64,000 nt of DNA from an uncultured Saprospiraceae bacterium (GCA_937944245.1 CALDYY010000016.1:10762-74761), one strand, 5' to 3'. Shown: positions 31,680 to 42,635, counted from the first letter of the stretch. Notes: generated by a model not told the origin, from the letters alone. Translations and numbers: made by a program.

Positions 31680-32411
31680 ATGAACAAACCTACCTATAAA
31701 GAATTATTAGATGCCGGAGTGCACTTCGGACACTTAAAGAAAAAGTGGAATCCTTCAATGTCGCCCTATATTTTCACAGAGCGCAAAGGAATACACATTA
31801 TTGACCTAAATAAGACGTTAGAGTCAATGGACAGAGCTGCAAATGCGATGCGTCAAATTGCAAAGTCTGGCAGAAAAATTATGTTTGTAGCTACAAAAAA
31901 GCAGGCACGCGATATTGTGGCGCAAGCTGCGTTGAGTGTTGAAATGCCTTATGTGACCGATCGTTGGCTTGGTGGTATGATGACTAACTTTGCTACCATT
32001 CGTCGTTCTATTAAAAAAATGAACAGTATTGAGAAAATCCTTTCTGATGAAACGGCAACGAATATCACGAAGAAAGAACGCTTGATGTTGGGCAGAGAAA
32101 AAGAAAAACTAGAGCGTGTGCTGGGCGGAATTGCTAACTTGAATAGAATTCCCTCTGCTATTTTTATAGTAGATATTCACCATGAACACATTGCTGTGAA
32201 GGAATCACATAAGTTAGGTATTCGTACATTTGGAATTGTTGATACCAATTCTAATCCAAACGAAGTTGATTTTCCTATTCCTGCTAATGACGACGCTTCA
32301 AAATCAGTAGAAATTATTGTAAACTATATGGTAGAAGCAATAAAGCAAGGTCAGGAAGAACGACGCAAAGCAAAATCAGAGCAAGAGGCAGCAGTGGTAA
32401 GAGAAGAATAG
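31680..32411 (+). CDS. rpsB: 30S ribosomal protein S2
   Basis: LLDAGVHFGHLKKKWNP...IHIIDL...AIFIVD. Start at the ATG at 31680. Confidence 0.95.
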   Translation: MNKPTYKELLDAGVHFGHLKKKWNPSMSPYIFTERKGIHIIDLNKTLESMDRAANAMRQIAKSGRKIMFVATKKQARDIVAQAALSVEMPYVTDRWLGGMMTNFATIRRSIKKMNSIEKILSDETATNITKKERLMLGREKEKLERVLGGIANLNRIPSAIFIVDIHHEHIAVKESHKLGIRTFGIVDTNSNPNEVDFPIPANDDASKSVEIIVNYMVEAIKQGQEERRKAKSEQEAAVVREE

Positions 32412-32523
32412 TCAGACGCTACAGAATTGTAGGAAAGCAGTAACTACTTCTTTCCTAAATAAAAAATTTTACTATTAACTACCATTCTATATTAATTATT
32501 TTTAAACATTTAATCACTTAACA

Positions 32524-33357
32524 ATGAGTAATATCTCAGCATCTGACGTAAAAAAGCTCCGTGAAATAACAGGAGCTGGTATGATGGATTGTAAAGCAGC
32601 ATTGGCGGAGGCAGAAGGTGATTTTGATAAAGCGATTGAAGTGCTTCGCAAAAAAGGACAAAAACTTTCTGCAAAGCGTGTGGACAGAGAGGCAAATGAG
32701 GGGGTTGTGATTGCAAAGGTATCGGAAGACCGCAAAAGAGGGGTAATTGTGAAATTAAGTTGCGAAACAGATTTCGTTGCCAGAAACGAGGATTTCATTA
32801 AGTTAGCAGAATCGTTTGCTAGTATAGCACTGGAATCTTATCCAGCAACTAAAGAAGCATTATTAGCACTACCATATGACAACATCACAATAGGTGAAAA
32901 AATAATTGAGCAGATTGGGGTTATCGGTGAAAAATTGGAAATTGCAGCTTACGAACAGTTAGAGGCACCTATGGTCGCTCCGTATATTCATATGGGATAC
33001 AGAGCAGGAGTATTAGTGGGTTTATCCGTAAGTTCTGATGCTGCTTATACAGCAGGTAGGGATGTAGCTATGCAAGTAGCGGCAATGCGTCCAGTAGCTT
33101 TAGATAAAGGAGATGTAGATGCTACGATTATCGAAAAAGAGATTGAAATTGGTAAAGAGATAGCTAAACAAGAAGGTAAGCCTGAGGCAATGCTAGAGAA
33201 AATCGCTAAAGGTAAGTTAGAAAAATTCTTTAAGGAAAATACACTGTTGAATCAACAATTTGTGAAGGATAGTAAATTATCTATCGCAGATTACTTAAAG
33301 ACAGTAGATAAGAAACTTACAGCGACTGCATTTAAACACGTTGAGTTAGGAAGCTAG
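32524..33357 (+). CDS. tsf: elongation factor Ts
   Basis: VKKLREITGAGMMDCKAALAEAEGDFDKAIEVLRKKG. Confidence 0.95.
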   Translation: MSNISASDVKKLREITGAGMMDCKAALAEAEGDFDKAIEVLRKKGQKLSAKRVDREANEGVVIAKVSEDRKRGVIVKLSCETDFVARNEDFIKLAESFASIALESYPATKEALLALPYDNITIGEKIIEQIGVIGEKLEIAAYEQLEAPMVAPYIHMGYRAGVLVGLSVSSDAAYTAGRDVAMQVAAMRPVALDKGDVDATIIEKEIEIGKEIAKQEGKPEAMLEKIAKGKLEKFFKENTLLNQQFVKDSKLSIADYLKTVDKKLTATAFKHVELGS

Positions 33358-33367
33358 TTCAAAAAAA

Positions 33368-33400
33368 GGGAATCATTACTCAATGATTCCCTTTTTTTTT
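33368..33400. terminator. terminator after tsf (A-run / stem / T-run, potentially bidirectional)
   Basis: GGGAATCATT-4 nt-AATGATTCCC followed by T9 and preceded by A7. Confidence 0.8.
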
Positions 33401-33467
33401 CTCACAAGAGAAGCCACTTGAAGTTGAACAATCATTCAAAGCACTCCAATATAATTCTTTAGCAAAG

Positions 33468-34196
33468 ATGATGAATCAAAATTCTAAAATGGTTAAATAC
33501 AAGCGAATCTTATTAAAATTGAGTGGTGAATCGTTGATGGGAGATCAAGAATCTGGTATTTCAGTAGATATGTTACGCCACTATTCTGAACAGGTCAAGG
33601 AAATTGTTGACTTAGGAGTAGAGGTAGCTATTGTTATTGGTGGTGGAAATATATTTAGGGGGTTAGAATCTGCGGCAATGGAAATAGATCGGGTGCAAGG
33701 TGATTACATGGGTATGATAGCGACAGTTATCAATGCAATGGCTTTGCAGAGTGCACTGGAAAAAATAGGTGTTTTTACTCGGCTGTCGAGTGCAATCGAA
33801 ATGCGCCAGATTGCTGAACCTTACATTCGTCGTCGTGTTATTCGTCATCTTGAAAAGGGGCGAGTAGTTATTTTTGGTGCAGGCATTGGAAGCCCTTATT
33901 TTACAACAGATTCGGCTGCTGCTTTGCGCGCTAATGAAATTGGTGCAAATTTGTTGCTCAAAGGAACAAGAGTAGATGGTATTTACACCGCTGACCCAGA
34001 AAAAGATCCTAAGGCAACAAAGTATGAAACCATATCTTTTACTGATGTTATTCAGAAAGGACTAAAAGTTATGGATATGACGGCATTTACGCTTTGCCAA
34101 GAAAATAATCTACCTATTATTGTTTTTGATGTTAACAATAAAGAAAACCTAAAGCGCATTGTGTTAGGCGAAAAGGTAGGAACATTAGTGCATTAG
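33468..34196 (+). CDS. pyrH: UMP kinase
   Basis: [11 protein letters not shown]..., [20 protein letters not shown]. Confidence 0.93.
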   Translation: MMNQNSKMVKYKRILLKLSGESLMGDQESGISVDMLRHYSEQVKEIVDLGVEVAIVIGGGNIFRGLESAAMEIDRVQGDYMGMIATVINAMALQSALEKIGVFTRLSSAIEMRQIAEPYIRRRVIRHLEKGRVVIFGAGIGSPYFTTDSAAALRANEIGANLLLKGTRVDGIYTADPEKDPKATKYETISFTDVIQKGLKVMDMTAFTLCQENNLPIIVFDVNNKENLKRIVLGEKVGTLVH

Positions 34197-34200
34197 TGAT

Positions 34201-34914
34201 TTAGGCATCTACTACAACACCAATAACGGCTACACTTACAGTAGTATTGGGCAATTGAAGTAACTGTAAAGCACAAGATTCAATAGTTGCTCCAGTAGTT
34301 AATACATCGTCAACTAGTAGTATGTGTTTTCCCTCTAGCAGTAAATTATCGCTCACTTGGAATACGTCTGAGACATTTTTGAAACGCTCTTCTCTTGTCT
34401 TTTTAGTCTGAGATTTTGAATGAATAGTTCTGATCAATCCATTGGATAAGTAAGGAATTTCCATAGATTCAGATAAACCCTCCGCAATTAGAGCAGCCTG
34501 ATTATAACCTCTGATTTTCAATTTCTTAGGATGTAGTGGAACGGGAACGATAAAGTCAATATTACGAAAGTAGGTAACTTCTTTTAATTTTCTACCCAGC
34601 CGTTTACCAAGTAATATACCGACTTCTTTTTGCCCTTTATATTTAAGTTCATGAATTAGTTTCTGAGTACGTCCTTCTTTTGTAAATGGATAGAGGGCTG
34701 CACCGTATTTTATTGGAACGCGTCCCCAGAATTTTCCTGTAACTAGGTTTTCTTGTTCGGTATAAGAGGCTAGTTCCATTTTTTGTAGAGCATATTCACA
34801 AGCAATGCAGTTGATTTGCCCTGATTGAACTGCCTCATTTTTGCAGGCTAGACAAAGTTGAGGATAGAAGAGCGACAGAAAATCCTTCAACAAACCTTTC
34901 ATTAACACAACCAT
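34201..34914 (-). CDS. ComF-family phosphoribosyltransferase-like protein
   Basis: N-terminal CxxC pairs (CLAC...CIAC) and the PRTase motif ILLVDDVLTTGATI. Confidence 0.85.
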   Translation of the reverse strand: MVVLMKGLLKDFLSLFYPQLCLACKNEAVQSGQINCIACEYALQKMELASYTEQENLVTGKFWGRVPIKYGAALYPFTKEGRTQKLIHELKYKGQKEVGILLGKRLGRKLKEVTYFRNIDFIVPVPLHPKKLKIRGYNQAALIAEGLSESMEIPYLSNGLIRTIHSKSQTKKTREERFKNVSDVFQVSDNLLLEGKHILLVDDVLTTGATIESCALQLLQLPNTTVSVAVIGVVVDA

Positions 34915-34995
34915 TTTTTTGAGCTATTTTGTTTGAATAGCATAAAATTGAAGGCTACTGGTATAGCAATTTTCAATTTTATGCCGTCAAAGAGA

Positions 34996-36045
34996 TCATA
35001 TTTCTTCTCTTTCTTCTGCAACAGAAATTTTAGTTTTGTTACCTAGTATTTTTTCTTTAATCTTTAGTTCTATTTCTATTGCTACCTCTGGGTTGTCTTG
35101 CAAAAATTGTTTTGCTGCTTCTCGCCCTTGAGCGATTTTTGCGCCACCATAACTGTACCAAGCACCACTTTTGCCAATGATATTGTGTTCTACTCCAATA
35201 TCAACGATTTCGCCAACTTTGGAAATACCTTCACCGTACATAATATCAAACTCTGCGACACGGAAAGGCGGTGCCAGCTTATTCTTTACTACTTTTACTT
35301 TTACATTATTACCAACAATATTTCCTTCTTTATCTTTTATAGCAGCTCCATTTCTACGAATATCTAGGCGTTGAGAAGCATAGAATTTAAGGGCATTTCC
35401 TCCAGTTGTTGTTTCTGGATTACCAAACATTACTCCTATCTTTTCTCTTAACTGATTAATGAAAATGCAGCAGCAGCCTGTTCGACCAATAGTAGCTGTT
35501 AGTTTTCGCATGGCTTGCGACATCAAGCGTGCTTGTAAGCCCATTTTGGAATCTCCCATTTCTCCCTCTAATTCACTTCTAGGTACAAGGGCTGCAACAG
35601 AATCTACTACTAATATGTCTATTGCTCCAGAACGGATTAAGTTTTCTGCAATTTCTAGGGCTTGTTCTCCATTATCGGGTTGCGAAATAAGCAGTTCTTC
35701 TACATTTACCCCTAACGCTTGTGCATAGAAACGGTCAAAAGCATGTTCTGCGTCAATGAAAGCAGCTATTCCTCCTTTTTTCTGACATTCTGCAATAGCA
35801 TGAATAGCTAAGGTTGTTTTTCCAGACGATTCGGGTCCATAAATTTCAACAACTCTACCTTTGGCGTATCCATTGATGCCTAATGCTATATCTAACCCTA
35901 AGGAACCTGATGGGATATATTCTACCTCCGCCACTTGTTTGTCCCCCAACTTCATAATCGTCCCTTTTCCGTAGGTTTTTTCCAGACGATCTAGGGTTAG
36001 CTCTAATGCTTTTAAACGTGCTTCTCTTTCTTTGTTATCACTCAT
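34996..36045 (-). CDS. recA: recombinase RecA
   Basis: [52 protein letters not shown]. Confidence 0.97.
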   Translation of the reverse strand: MSDNKEREARLKALELTLDRLEKTYGKGTIMKLGDKQVAEVEYIPSGSLGLDIALGINGYAKGRVVEIYGPESSGKTTLAIHAIAECQKKGGIAAFIDAEHAFDRFYAQALGVNVEELLISQPDNGEQALEIAENLIRSGAIDILVVDSVAALVPRSELEGEMGDSKMGLQARLMSQAMRKLTATIGRTGCCCIFINQLREKIGVMFGNPETTTGGNALKFYASQRLDIRRNGAAIKDKEGNIVGNNVKVKVVKNKLAPPFRVAEFDIMYGEGISKVGEIVDIGVEHNIIGKSGAWYSYGGAKIAQGREAAKQFLQDNPEVAIEIELKIKEKILGNKTKISVAEEREEI

Positions 36046-36151
36046 GAATTGTAGTTAATGTTTCATATAAAATGAAGTTCACAAATTTAAAACAAATATT
36101 TTTAAAAAACAATACTTAAAACAAGAAAATTTTAACAATCTTAGTAGATTT

Positions 36152-36925
36152 TTAGCCTAAATTTTTTTTGTTTAATAACTTTTGGAGTTCCTCTATCGAA
36201 AACCCAGTAACAGTAGCAACTTCTTCTATTGTTCGATTTTATTCAAGTAACATTTTCGCTAGCTTAATCGTTTTTTTAGATCGTCCTCTTGCAATGGTTT
36301 TTGAAGATATTCCGCTATGTTCTTTGAATGCTTCTGGCACTTCCTCTAGGTTGAGTGTAAATTGTTCTTCCTACACCCATGCTTGATTAGAGAGTGTCAT
36401 AAATTGTTCTATTCTTGTTTGTCGCTTTTTAGGTAGTCTCCTCACTTGCAGAATATAACAAGTATGGGTAAGTAATGCTGTAAAATCACTTTCTATTTGT
36501 AATTCTTCTTTTGATGATAAATCTACAATGTTTCTATCCACCTTGGTTGCCATTACGGGAATATCTGCTATATTATATCCGAGAATGTAAATGGATATGA
36601 TTGGAAGTGGTGGTACTTGCGTTTCATCAGGTTTTGCTTTTCTTTGCGTGTAAGACAAACCTAAATAATTGCGAAAGCGGAGTATATTAGTAGGTAGTTT
36701 TGATTTTTGGAGTTCGATTAATACAGTTTCTTTTTCTCCGAATTCGTCTTGAATAACGGCTTTAAAATCAAAGCGATATAAGGTAAAACGTCGTTCTTCG
36801 TCTTCTATTACCAATTCTTGTAATACTTCTTTATCCAATATGACATTCAGCACTTTACGCGCCAAACAGTCGTTAGACATCAGGTACTTAAATGCTTGGT
36901 CGTATAGTGGATTCGCTATCCTCAT
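36152..36925 (-). pseudogene. Rpn/PD-(D/E)XK (PDDEXK_2)-like putative nuclease/transposase with two in-frame stop codons
   Basis: The 184-codon ORF (NPLYDQAFKYLM...FDF...VLIELQKSK) ends at a TAG (36371-36373). The same frame continues EEQFTLNLEEVPEAFKEH...IKLAKMLLE, then a TAA (36239-36241), then NRTIEEVATVTGFSIEELQKLL, and stops at 36152-36154. The total of 774 nt is 258 codons. Confidence 0.6.
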
Positions 36926-36955
36926 TACATAAAATTAGTATGAATCATTATTTTT

Positions 36956-37480
36956 TTAATTGCATAATATAATTATTGGTTCAGTTTCAATTCGGTTACT
37001 CTCGTTACCATCTTGGTCAACAATATAAATAGTGTAGGTCAAAGTATCTGTCGGAAATTCTTTTGAAGGTGTGCAGGGGTCTTGACCATTTTTATCATTG
37101 AAGATGCAACACATTCCGCCATTTAGATTAAATATTTGGAAGGAGACTTCGCCAGAAATACCATTACCAATACCCAAATTGGGTATGAAAGGAACGCTTA
37201 CGGTCTGGGTGAAACCATCTCTACTGTCTGTAAAGAAAATATTATTCGTAAATTTACCCTCATTAGGTGCACCGATATTACCATCGCCGTCTGTGTAGGA
37301 GAAAGTAATGATAATAGAATCCTTTGTTGCACCGAAGCTGCCTTGTCTAATGGTTTTTTTGTTTAGGCCGACGTATTCAATAATTGGTTCTTTTGGGTAT
37401 TCCGGTGGGGAAATACAAGATTGTAATAGGCAAAATAAAGTAAATATAAAAATGATATGTTTCATCGCTGTGAATTTCAT
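36956..37480 (-). CDS. hypothetical lipoprotein
   Basis: Lipobox LLQSC after MKFTAMKHIIFIFTLFC. The start is at 37480 or 37465 rather than the ORF-track 37555. Confidence 0.6.
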   Translation of the reverse strand: MKFTAMKHIIFIFTLFCLLQSCISPPEYPKEPIIEYVGLNKKTIRQGSFGATKDSIIITFSYTDGDGNIGAPNEGKFTNNIFFTDSRDGFTQTVSVPFIPNLGIGNGISGEVSFQIFNLNGGMCCIFNDKNGQDPCTPSKEFPTDTLTYTIYIVDQDGNESNRIETEPIIILCN

Positions 37481-37617
37481 TTGATGGATAAACCTTGATG
37501 CCTTTTCCTTGAAAAGGACATAAATATTACAGTTGTAACGGTATATTGTTCGCATTAGTGCATCAACATTATACAGAAACTAATGTTAATACCTCAGATA
37601 AAAATGAGTGCAACATA

Positions 37618-39900
37618 ATGAACAAAAACACCCGTATTGTTTCTATTAGTGTATTTTCTATTCTAGCAATTATTAGTGCATTTGCTTTGATGCACCTTAA
37701 ATTTTCGTTCGATTTTGAACAGTTTTTTCCTACTGGCGATGAAGATTTAGAGTTTTTTAAACAATTTCGAGATGATTTCGAAGCAGATGATAACTTTATG
37801 CTTATTGCCATTCGCAAAAAAGATGGTGTTTTTGAGCAAAATTTTTTAGAGCAATTCCATGATTTTTCTATCCAAACTAAGCAACTACCTTATGTAGAGG
37901 ATAGTCAATCGTTGACAAAAATTTCCTATCCTGTTAAAACACCATTTGGAATAAGTTCTATTCCAGCTATTCATATTAAAGAACCTGAAAAGTATGAATC
38001 AGATAAAAAACGCTTGCTTCAAGACGAGCGATTTTTGTATAACCTAATTTCGGAAGATGCGACCACACTAGTTGTTGGCTTGAAAACGATAGAGGGTATG
38101 ACACTTGGACAGTCACAAGAATTAATGGATAAACTTGGGACATTAATTGCCAAATATGATTTTGAAGCCCATCATTTTTTAGGTCGTCCTTACTTTCAAA
38201 AGGAATTAGTTGCTATGCAGAAGCGGGAAATTACGATTTCTGCAATCGTGTCAGGTATTTTGGTAACCTTAATCATGTTCCTTATTTTTAGAAAACCATG
38301 GGGGATTGCTACTGCCTTGTTTTCTATCGGTTTAGGGATGTTATTGTTCATGGGCTTTTTGGGCGTTACAGGTAGAGAACTGAATGCTATGGCTGCACTA
38401 TATCCCGTATTGATGATTATTGTTGGTACTTCTGATGTCATTCACATTATGTCGAAATATGTGGATGAGTTAAAAAAAGGATTAAGCCGCAAGGAAGCTA
38501 TTAAAATCACGATTAGAGAAATTGGTCTAGCCACCTTACTTACTTCTACTACAACAGCAATTGGTTTTATTTCCTTGATTTCCAGTCGTATTACGCCTAT
38601 CCGCGATTTTGGTATTAATTCAGCCATTGGTGTAATGGTTGCCTACATCACTGTAGTATGCTTTACGACTGTTATCATCTCCTATTTCAATAAAGACCAA
38701 ATTATGGAAAAGGGAAAGATGGATAAATTTTGGAGTAACTGGATGACTTGGTTCTATCGAGTAACTAAAGATTACTCTCGACAAATTATTTGGAGTACAC
38801 TAGGCTTGTTAGCACTATGTTTTTTGGGCATTAGCCAAATTACAACAAATTACAACATCACGAGTAACTTGCCAAGAGGACAACAGATAACAGAGGACTT
38901 TCTATACTTCCAAAATAATTTAACCAGTTTTCGACCGATGGAAATTGCAGTCACTGCAAAAAGTGACCATAAAGTTAGCGATTTTGTAGTCCTTCAAGCT
39001 ATTGATAAAGTGGAGCAACATTTAAAAGAATATCCTTCTATTCGGGCGGTGGCTTCCAGTACTGTTATCTATAAGTCTCTAAATCAAATGTTTAATAGTA
39101 ACCGTATAGATGCCTATCAATTCCCCGAAGATGAAGCTACGTTTAATCGCTACCAACAAATGGCAGATAAGATACCAGTTGCCAGTACAGCAGTATTGCA
39201 AAGCAAAGATGGTACAAAAGCTAGAATTTCTTCTCGTATTAATGATATTGGTGCGGATAGCATCAAAGCAATTGGCAATAATATAGATCGCTGGATTGGT
39301 GAAAATATAGATGCAAACGTAGTTGAATTTCAACGCACTGGTACAGGGTTGATTATTGATAAAAACGCAGAGTACATCCGCAGAAGTTTACTTCTAGGGT
39401 TGGGAGGAGCTATATTAATTGTTAGTTTAATCATGGTTATCTTATTTCGCGATTTGAAAATGCTTGTAGTTTCTCTTGTTCCAAACATCATCCCTTTGTT
39501 AATGGCGGGAGCGTTTATTGGCTTTGCCGGTATAGAACTAGAAGCAGGTATTGCCATTGTCTTTGCCGTCATTTTTGGTATTGCTGTGGATGACACGATA
39601 CATTTTTTAAGTAAATTCAAATTGGTACGCGACAAAGGAAAAACCGTAGATGAATCCTTGAAAATCACATTTTTAGAAACAGGTAAAGCAATTGGATTAA
39701 CTACCATTGTCTTATTTTTTGGATTTTTGGTGATGCTCTTCTCCATCCATCCGCCTAGCGTTATAATTGGTGTGTTGATTAGTTTGACCCTCTTTAGTGC
39801 ATTTTTTAGCGACTTATTCTTGATTCCAATTTTAATCAGATGGTTAATAAAAGACCAATCAGTTAAAATAGAAGCTTCTGAATTAGTTGACGTAATTTAG
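37618..39900 (+). CDS. MMPL/RND-superfamily (SSD-containing) membrane transporter
   Basis: Two blocks of about 6 TM segments separated by large loops, with GTSDVIHIMSKY and GIAVDDTIHFLSKF motifs. Start at the ATG at 37618. Confidence 0.8.
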   Translation: MNKNTRIVSISVFSILAIISAFALMHLKFSFDFEQFFPTGDEDLEFFKQFRDDFEADDNFMLIAIRKKDGVFEQNFLEQFHDFSIQTKQLPYVEDSQSLTKISYPVKTPFGISSIPAIHIKEPEKYESDKKRLLQDERFLYNLISEDATTLVVGLKTIEGMTLGQSQELMDKLGTLIAKYDFEAHHFLGRPYFQKELVAMQKREITISAIVSGILVTLIMFLIFRKPWGIATALFSIGLGMLLFMGFLGVTGRELNAMAALYPVLMIIVGTSDVIHIMSKYVDELKKGLSRKEAIKITIREIGLATLLTSTTTAIGFISLISSRITPIRDFGINSAIGVMVAYITVVCFTTVIISYFNKDQIMEKGKMDKFWSNWMTWFYRVTKDYSRQIIWSTLGLLALCFLGISQITTNYNITSNLPRGQQITEDFLYFQNNLTSFRPMEIAVTAKSDHKVSDFVVLQAIDKVEQHLKEYPSIRAVASSTVIYKSLNQMFNSNRIDAYQFPEDEATFNRYQQMADKIPVASTAVLQSKDGTKARISSRINDIGADSIKAIGNNIDRWIGENIDANVVEFQRTGTGLIIDKNAEYIRRSLLLGLGGAILIVSLIMVILFRDLKMLVVSLVPNIIPLLMAGAFIGFAGIELEAGIAIVFAVIFGIAVDDTIHFLSKFKLVRDKGKTVDESLKITFLETGKAIGLTTIVLFFGFLVMLFSIHPPSVIIGVLISLTLFSAFFSDLFLIPILIRWLIKDQSVKIEASELVDVI

Positions 39901-39901
39901 A

Positions 39902-39944
39902 TTAAATGAATGCTCAAAGTTCTTAACTTTGAGCGTTCATTTAA
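39902..39944 (+). other. 20-bp-stem hairpin between the transporter stop and the glgP start
   Basis: TTAAATGAATGCTCAAAGTT-CTT-AACTTTGAGCGTTCATTTAA, with one U-G pair. There is no trailing T-run. Confidence 0.85.
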
Positions 39945-39960
39945 TCAAACCTTATCAACT

Positions 39961-42552
39961 ATGATTGAGCAAATTCAAGATCAACAATTTAATCTCAAGC
40001 GAATTTATGTTAGGTCAAATTTACCTCAAGAACTTAACGCATTAAGAAAGCTATCTAATAATTTATGGTGGTCGTGGCAGAAAAGCGGTATAGATTTATT
40101 CAAGTTTATTGCAGGGGAGGAAAGATGGGCTTCTGAAGAAATCAAATACAATCCATTAGTGCTATTGGATGATATTAATGTAAAAAAAGCCAATGAACTT
40201 ATTCATAATCCAGATTTTATGGAGGCATTAGAATCGTTGAGTCAACGATTTGATGCTTACATGACACAACCCCCATCTACGCAAACGCCAAAAGTTGCCT
40301 ACTTCTGTATGGAATATGGCTTGCACATTTCCGTTCAGCTTTATTCTGGTGGCTTGGGTGTACTAGCGGGTGATTTCCTGAAAGAAGCCAGTGATATGAA
40401 TGTTAATATGGTAGGCATGGGTTTGCTTTATCGCTATGGCTATTTCCAGCAAGGTATTTCTATTCACGGCGACCAAATTAACCACTATCCACCACAAACC
40501 TTTACTAAATTACCGATTAGTCCAGTTTGGGATAGCCATGGTGAATGGTTAAAAATAAGTGTTGACTTTCCCGGCAGAACTGTATTTGCTAAGGTTTGGA
40601 AATTGATGGTTGGTAGAATTGCATTGTACCTACTAGATACTGATATTGAGGACAATAGTTGGGAAGACCGTAGTTTAACGCACCAACTTTATGGTGGCGA
40701 CAATGAACACCGCTTAAAGCAAGAAATTCTCTTAGGTATCGGTGGCTCTAAAGCCTTAACGCAAATGGGACTTGAGTTTGATGTTTATCATTGCAATGAG
40801 GGGCATGCTGCTTTTCAAGGGGTGGAGCGCCTGAAGAATTACATGAAATCTTCTAACTCCCAGTTAGGGCAAACTCAACTTTCTTTCAAAGAGGCTATTG
40901 AAGTAGTACGCGCTTCTTCTTTGTTCACTACGCATACACCTGTTCCGGCTGGTCACGATTACTTCCATGAAGATTTACTCCGTCGCTACATGTTGCATTA
41001 CATCCAAGAAATGGGTATTGAATGGCAACAGTTCATGGAATTAGGTCGAATTAATCCTAATAACACACAGGAGTTATTTTCTATGAGCAACCTAGCCGTT
41101 CGTTTATCGCAAGAAGTAAATGGAGTGAGCAAACTGCACGGTACAGTCTCTCAAAAAATGTTTAGTAGTCTTTATAGTGGTTATCATTGGTCGGAAAATC
41201 ATATTGGCTACGTTACTAATAGCGTACACTATCCAACTTGGATTGCCAACGAAATTCATCAGATTTTTAAGCAAGCGCATGGCGATAAGTTTATTGCTGA
41301 TCAATCTAATTATGACTACTGGCGGCACATCCATCAAGTGCCAAATGAGCAAATTCAAGCTATTCGCAATACTTTGAAGAAAAAATTGCTTACTTATCTG
41401 AAAGCCACTATTCAAAAGGATTTAACCGATAGGGGAGAAAGCCCTAGAGCTATTTTTGAAATTCTTAACAATATCAATGAAGAAGCCTTCATTTTTGGTT
41501 TTGCTCGACGTTTTGCAACATACAAACGTGCACAACTGCTATTTAACAATCCTAAACGTTTAGCAGAAATCGTTAATGACAAGGAAAAACCAGTCATGTT
41601 TATTTTTGCGGGTAAGGCACACCCTGCTGATAAGGGTGGACAATCTTTGATTAGGGAGATTGTTCAATATTCCAAGAAACCAGAGTTTGTAGGTAAAGTC
41701 ATTTTCTTGGAGAATTATAATATGGAAATGGCGAAATTGCTAGTGCAAGGTGTAGATGTATGGTTAAACACGCCAATGCGTCCTAAGGAGGCTTCAGGAA
41801 CAAGCGGTATGAAAGCAGCTATGAATGGTGTGGTGAATTTGAGTGTGCTAGATGGCTGGTGGGCAGAGGGCTATCGCCCAGATGCAGGTTGGGCACTGCC
41901 ACTAGAGCGCACCTATGAAGACCAGAATTTACAGAATGATTTAGACGCTGAAACCATATACAATTTGCTAGAAACAGAATTGATTCCCACTTTCTTTGAC
42001 CGTAACGAGCAAGGAGTATCTGTGCGTTGGTTGAGTTATGTGAAAAATATTATGAGTGAAGTAGCACCTTATTTCACTATGAAACGCATGATGGATGACT
42101 ATTTGAACCGTTTTTATAATAAATTGCAAGGTACTGGTAAACGCATGAAGGAAAACAATTTCACGGCAGCTAAAGACCTTGCCCTTTGGAAAGAGCAACT
42201 GCGTTTGCATTGGAACAAAATACAAGTTGTACAGATGGAAGTAATGGACACAGCTAATGAATCCATTGGCATTGGCGAAATGTTTAGTCCAACTATCGTG
42301 CTTGATTTAAACGGCGTTCCTGTACATAATGTGGGGGTTGAAATCGTGTTCTTCAAGCGTTTAAGTGAAAGAGAACTAGATTTGAAAGCGGTAGAAGAAA
42401 TTAGATTAGCTAGTTTGCAAGGTAGCAAAGCCACTTTTTCTGCTCAATTACCTATCAATATGGCTGGTGTCTATGAATATGGCTTTCGATTGTTCCCTAA
42501 ATATCGCGATTTAGCTAATCGCCAAGATTTTGAATTGGTGAAATGGTTGTAA
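39961..42552 (+). CDS. glgP: alpha-glucan (glycogen/maltodextrin) phosphorylase, GT35
   Basis: YFCMEYGL...GGLGVLAGDFLKEASD..., the EASGTSGMKAAMNG pyridoxal-phosphate lysine region, and LSVLDGWW. Confidence 0.9.
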   Translation: MIEQIQDQQFNLKRIYVRSNLPQELNALRKLSNNLWWSWQKSGIDLFKFIAGEERWASEEIKYNPLVLLDDINVKKANELIHNPDFMEALESLSQRFDAYMTQPPSTQTPKVAYFCMEYGLHISVQLYSGGLGVLAGDFLKEASDMNVNMVGMGLLYRYGYFQQGISIHGDQINHYPPQTFTKLPISPVWDSHGEWLKISVDFPGRTVFAKVWKLMVGRIALYLLDTDIEDNSWEDRSLTHQLYGGDNEHRLKQEILLGIGGSKALTQMGLEFDVYHCNEGHAAFQGVERLKNYMKSSNSQLGQTQLSFKEAIEVVRASSLFTTHTPVPAGHDYFHEDLLRRYMLHYIQEMGIEWQQFMELGRINPNNTQELFSMSNLAVRLSQEVNGVSKLHGTVSQKMFSSLYSGYHWSENHIGYVTNSVHYPTWIANEIHQIFKQAHGDKFIADQSNYDYWRHIHQVPNEQIQAIRNTLKKKLLTYLKATIQKDLTDRGESPRAIFEILNNINEEAFIFGFARRFATYKRAQLLFNNPKRLAEIVNDKEKPVMFIFAGKAHPADKGGQSLIREIVQYSKKPEFVGKVIFLENYNMEMAKLLVQGVDVWLNTPMRPKEASGTSGMKAAMNGVVNLSVLDGWWAEGYRPDAGWALPLERTYEDQNLQNDLDAETIYNLLETELIPTFFDRNEQGVSVRWLSYVKNIMSEVAPYFTMKRMMDDYLNRFYNKLQGTGKRMKENNFTAAKDLALWKEQLRLHWNKIQVVQMEVMDTANESIGIGEMFSPTIVLDLNGVPVHNVGVEIVFFKRLSERELDLKAVEEIRLASLQGSKATFSAQLPINMAGVYEYGFRLFPKYRDLANRQDFELVKWL

Positions 42553-42576
42553 TCTTAAGCGTAGTCAATAATTTGG

Positions 42577-42606
42577 TTGGGTATTGCGCTCTTGCGCAGT
42601 ACCCAA
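42577..42606. terminator. hairpin between convergent glgP and the PD40 pseudogene
   Basis: TTGGGTATTGCGC-TCTT-GCGCAGTACCCAA, a 13-bp stem with one U-G pair. Confidence 0.6.
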
Positions 42607-42635
42607 TCAAATTTAGCACTTCACGAAATACGATA

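Noticed and set aside
34197-34200. Absence of frr (ribosome recycling factor) after pyrH, where many bacteria have tsf-pyrH-frr
   Set aside because: This is a synteny difference only. A convergent comF-like gene starts 4 nt after the pyrH stop, there is no sign of a deleted or decayed frr, and it is not anomalous in itself.
36239-36373. Possibility that the in-frame TAG/TAA reflect stop-codon reassignment or programmed read-through
   Set aside because: Neighbouring well-conserved genes terminate normally at TAA, TAG and TGA at the expected protein ends. Simple nonsense decay of one gene is far more parsimonious.
36168-36386. 72-codon plus-strand ORF
   Set aside because: It lies antisense to the in-frame continuation of the Rpn-like pseudogene, whose translation matches the family C-terminus. 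The plus-strand peptide is low-complexity and has no recognisable features.
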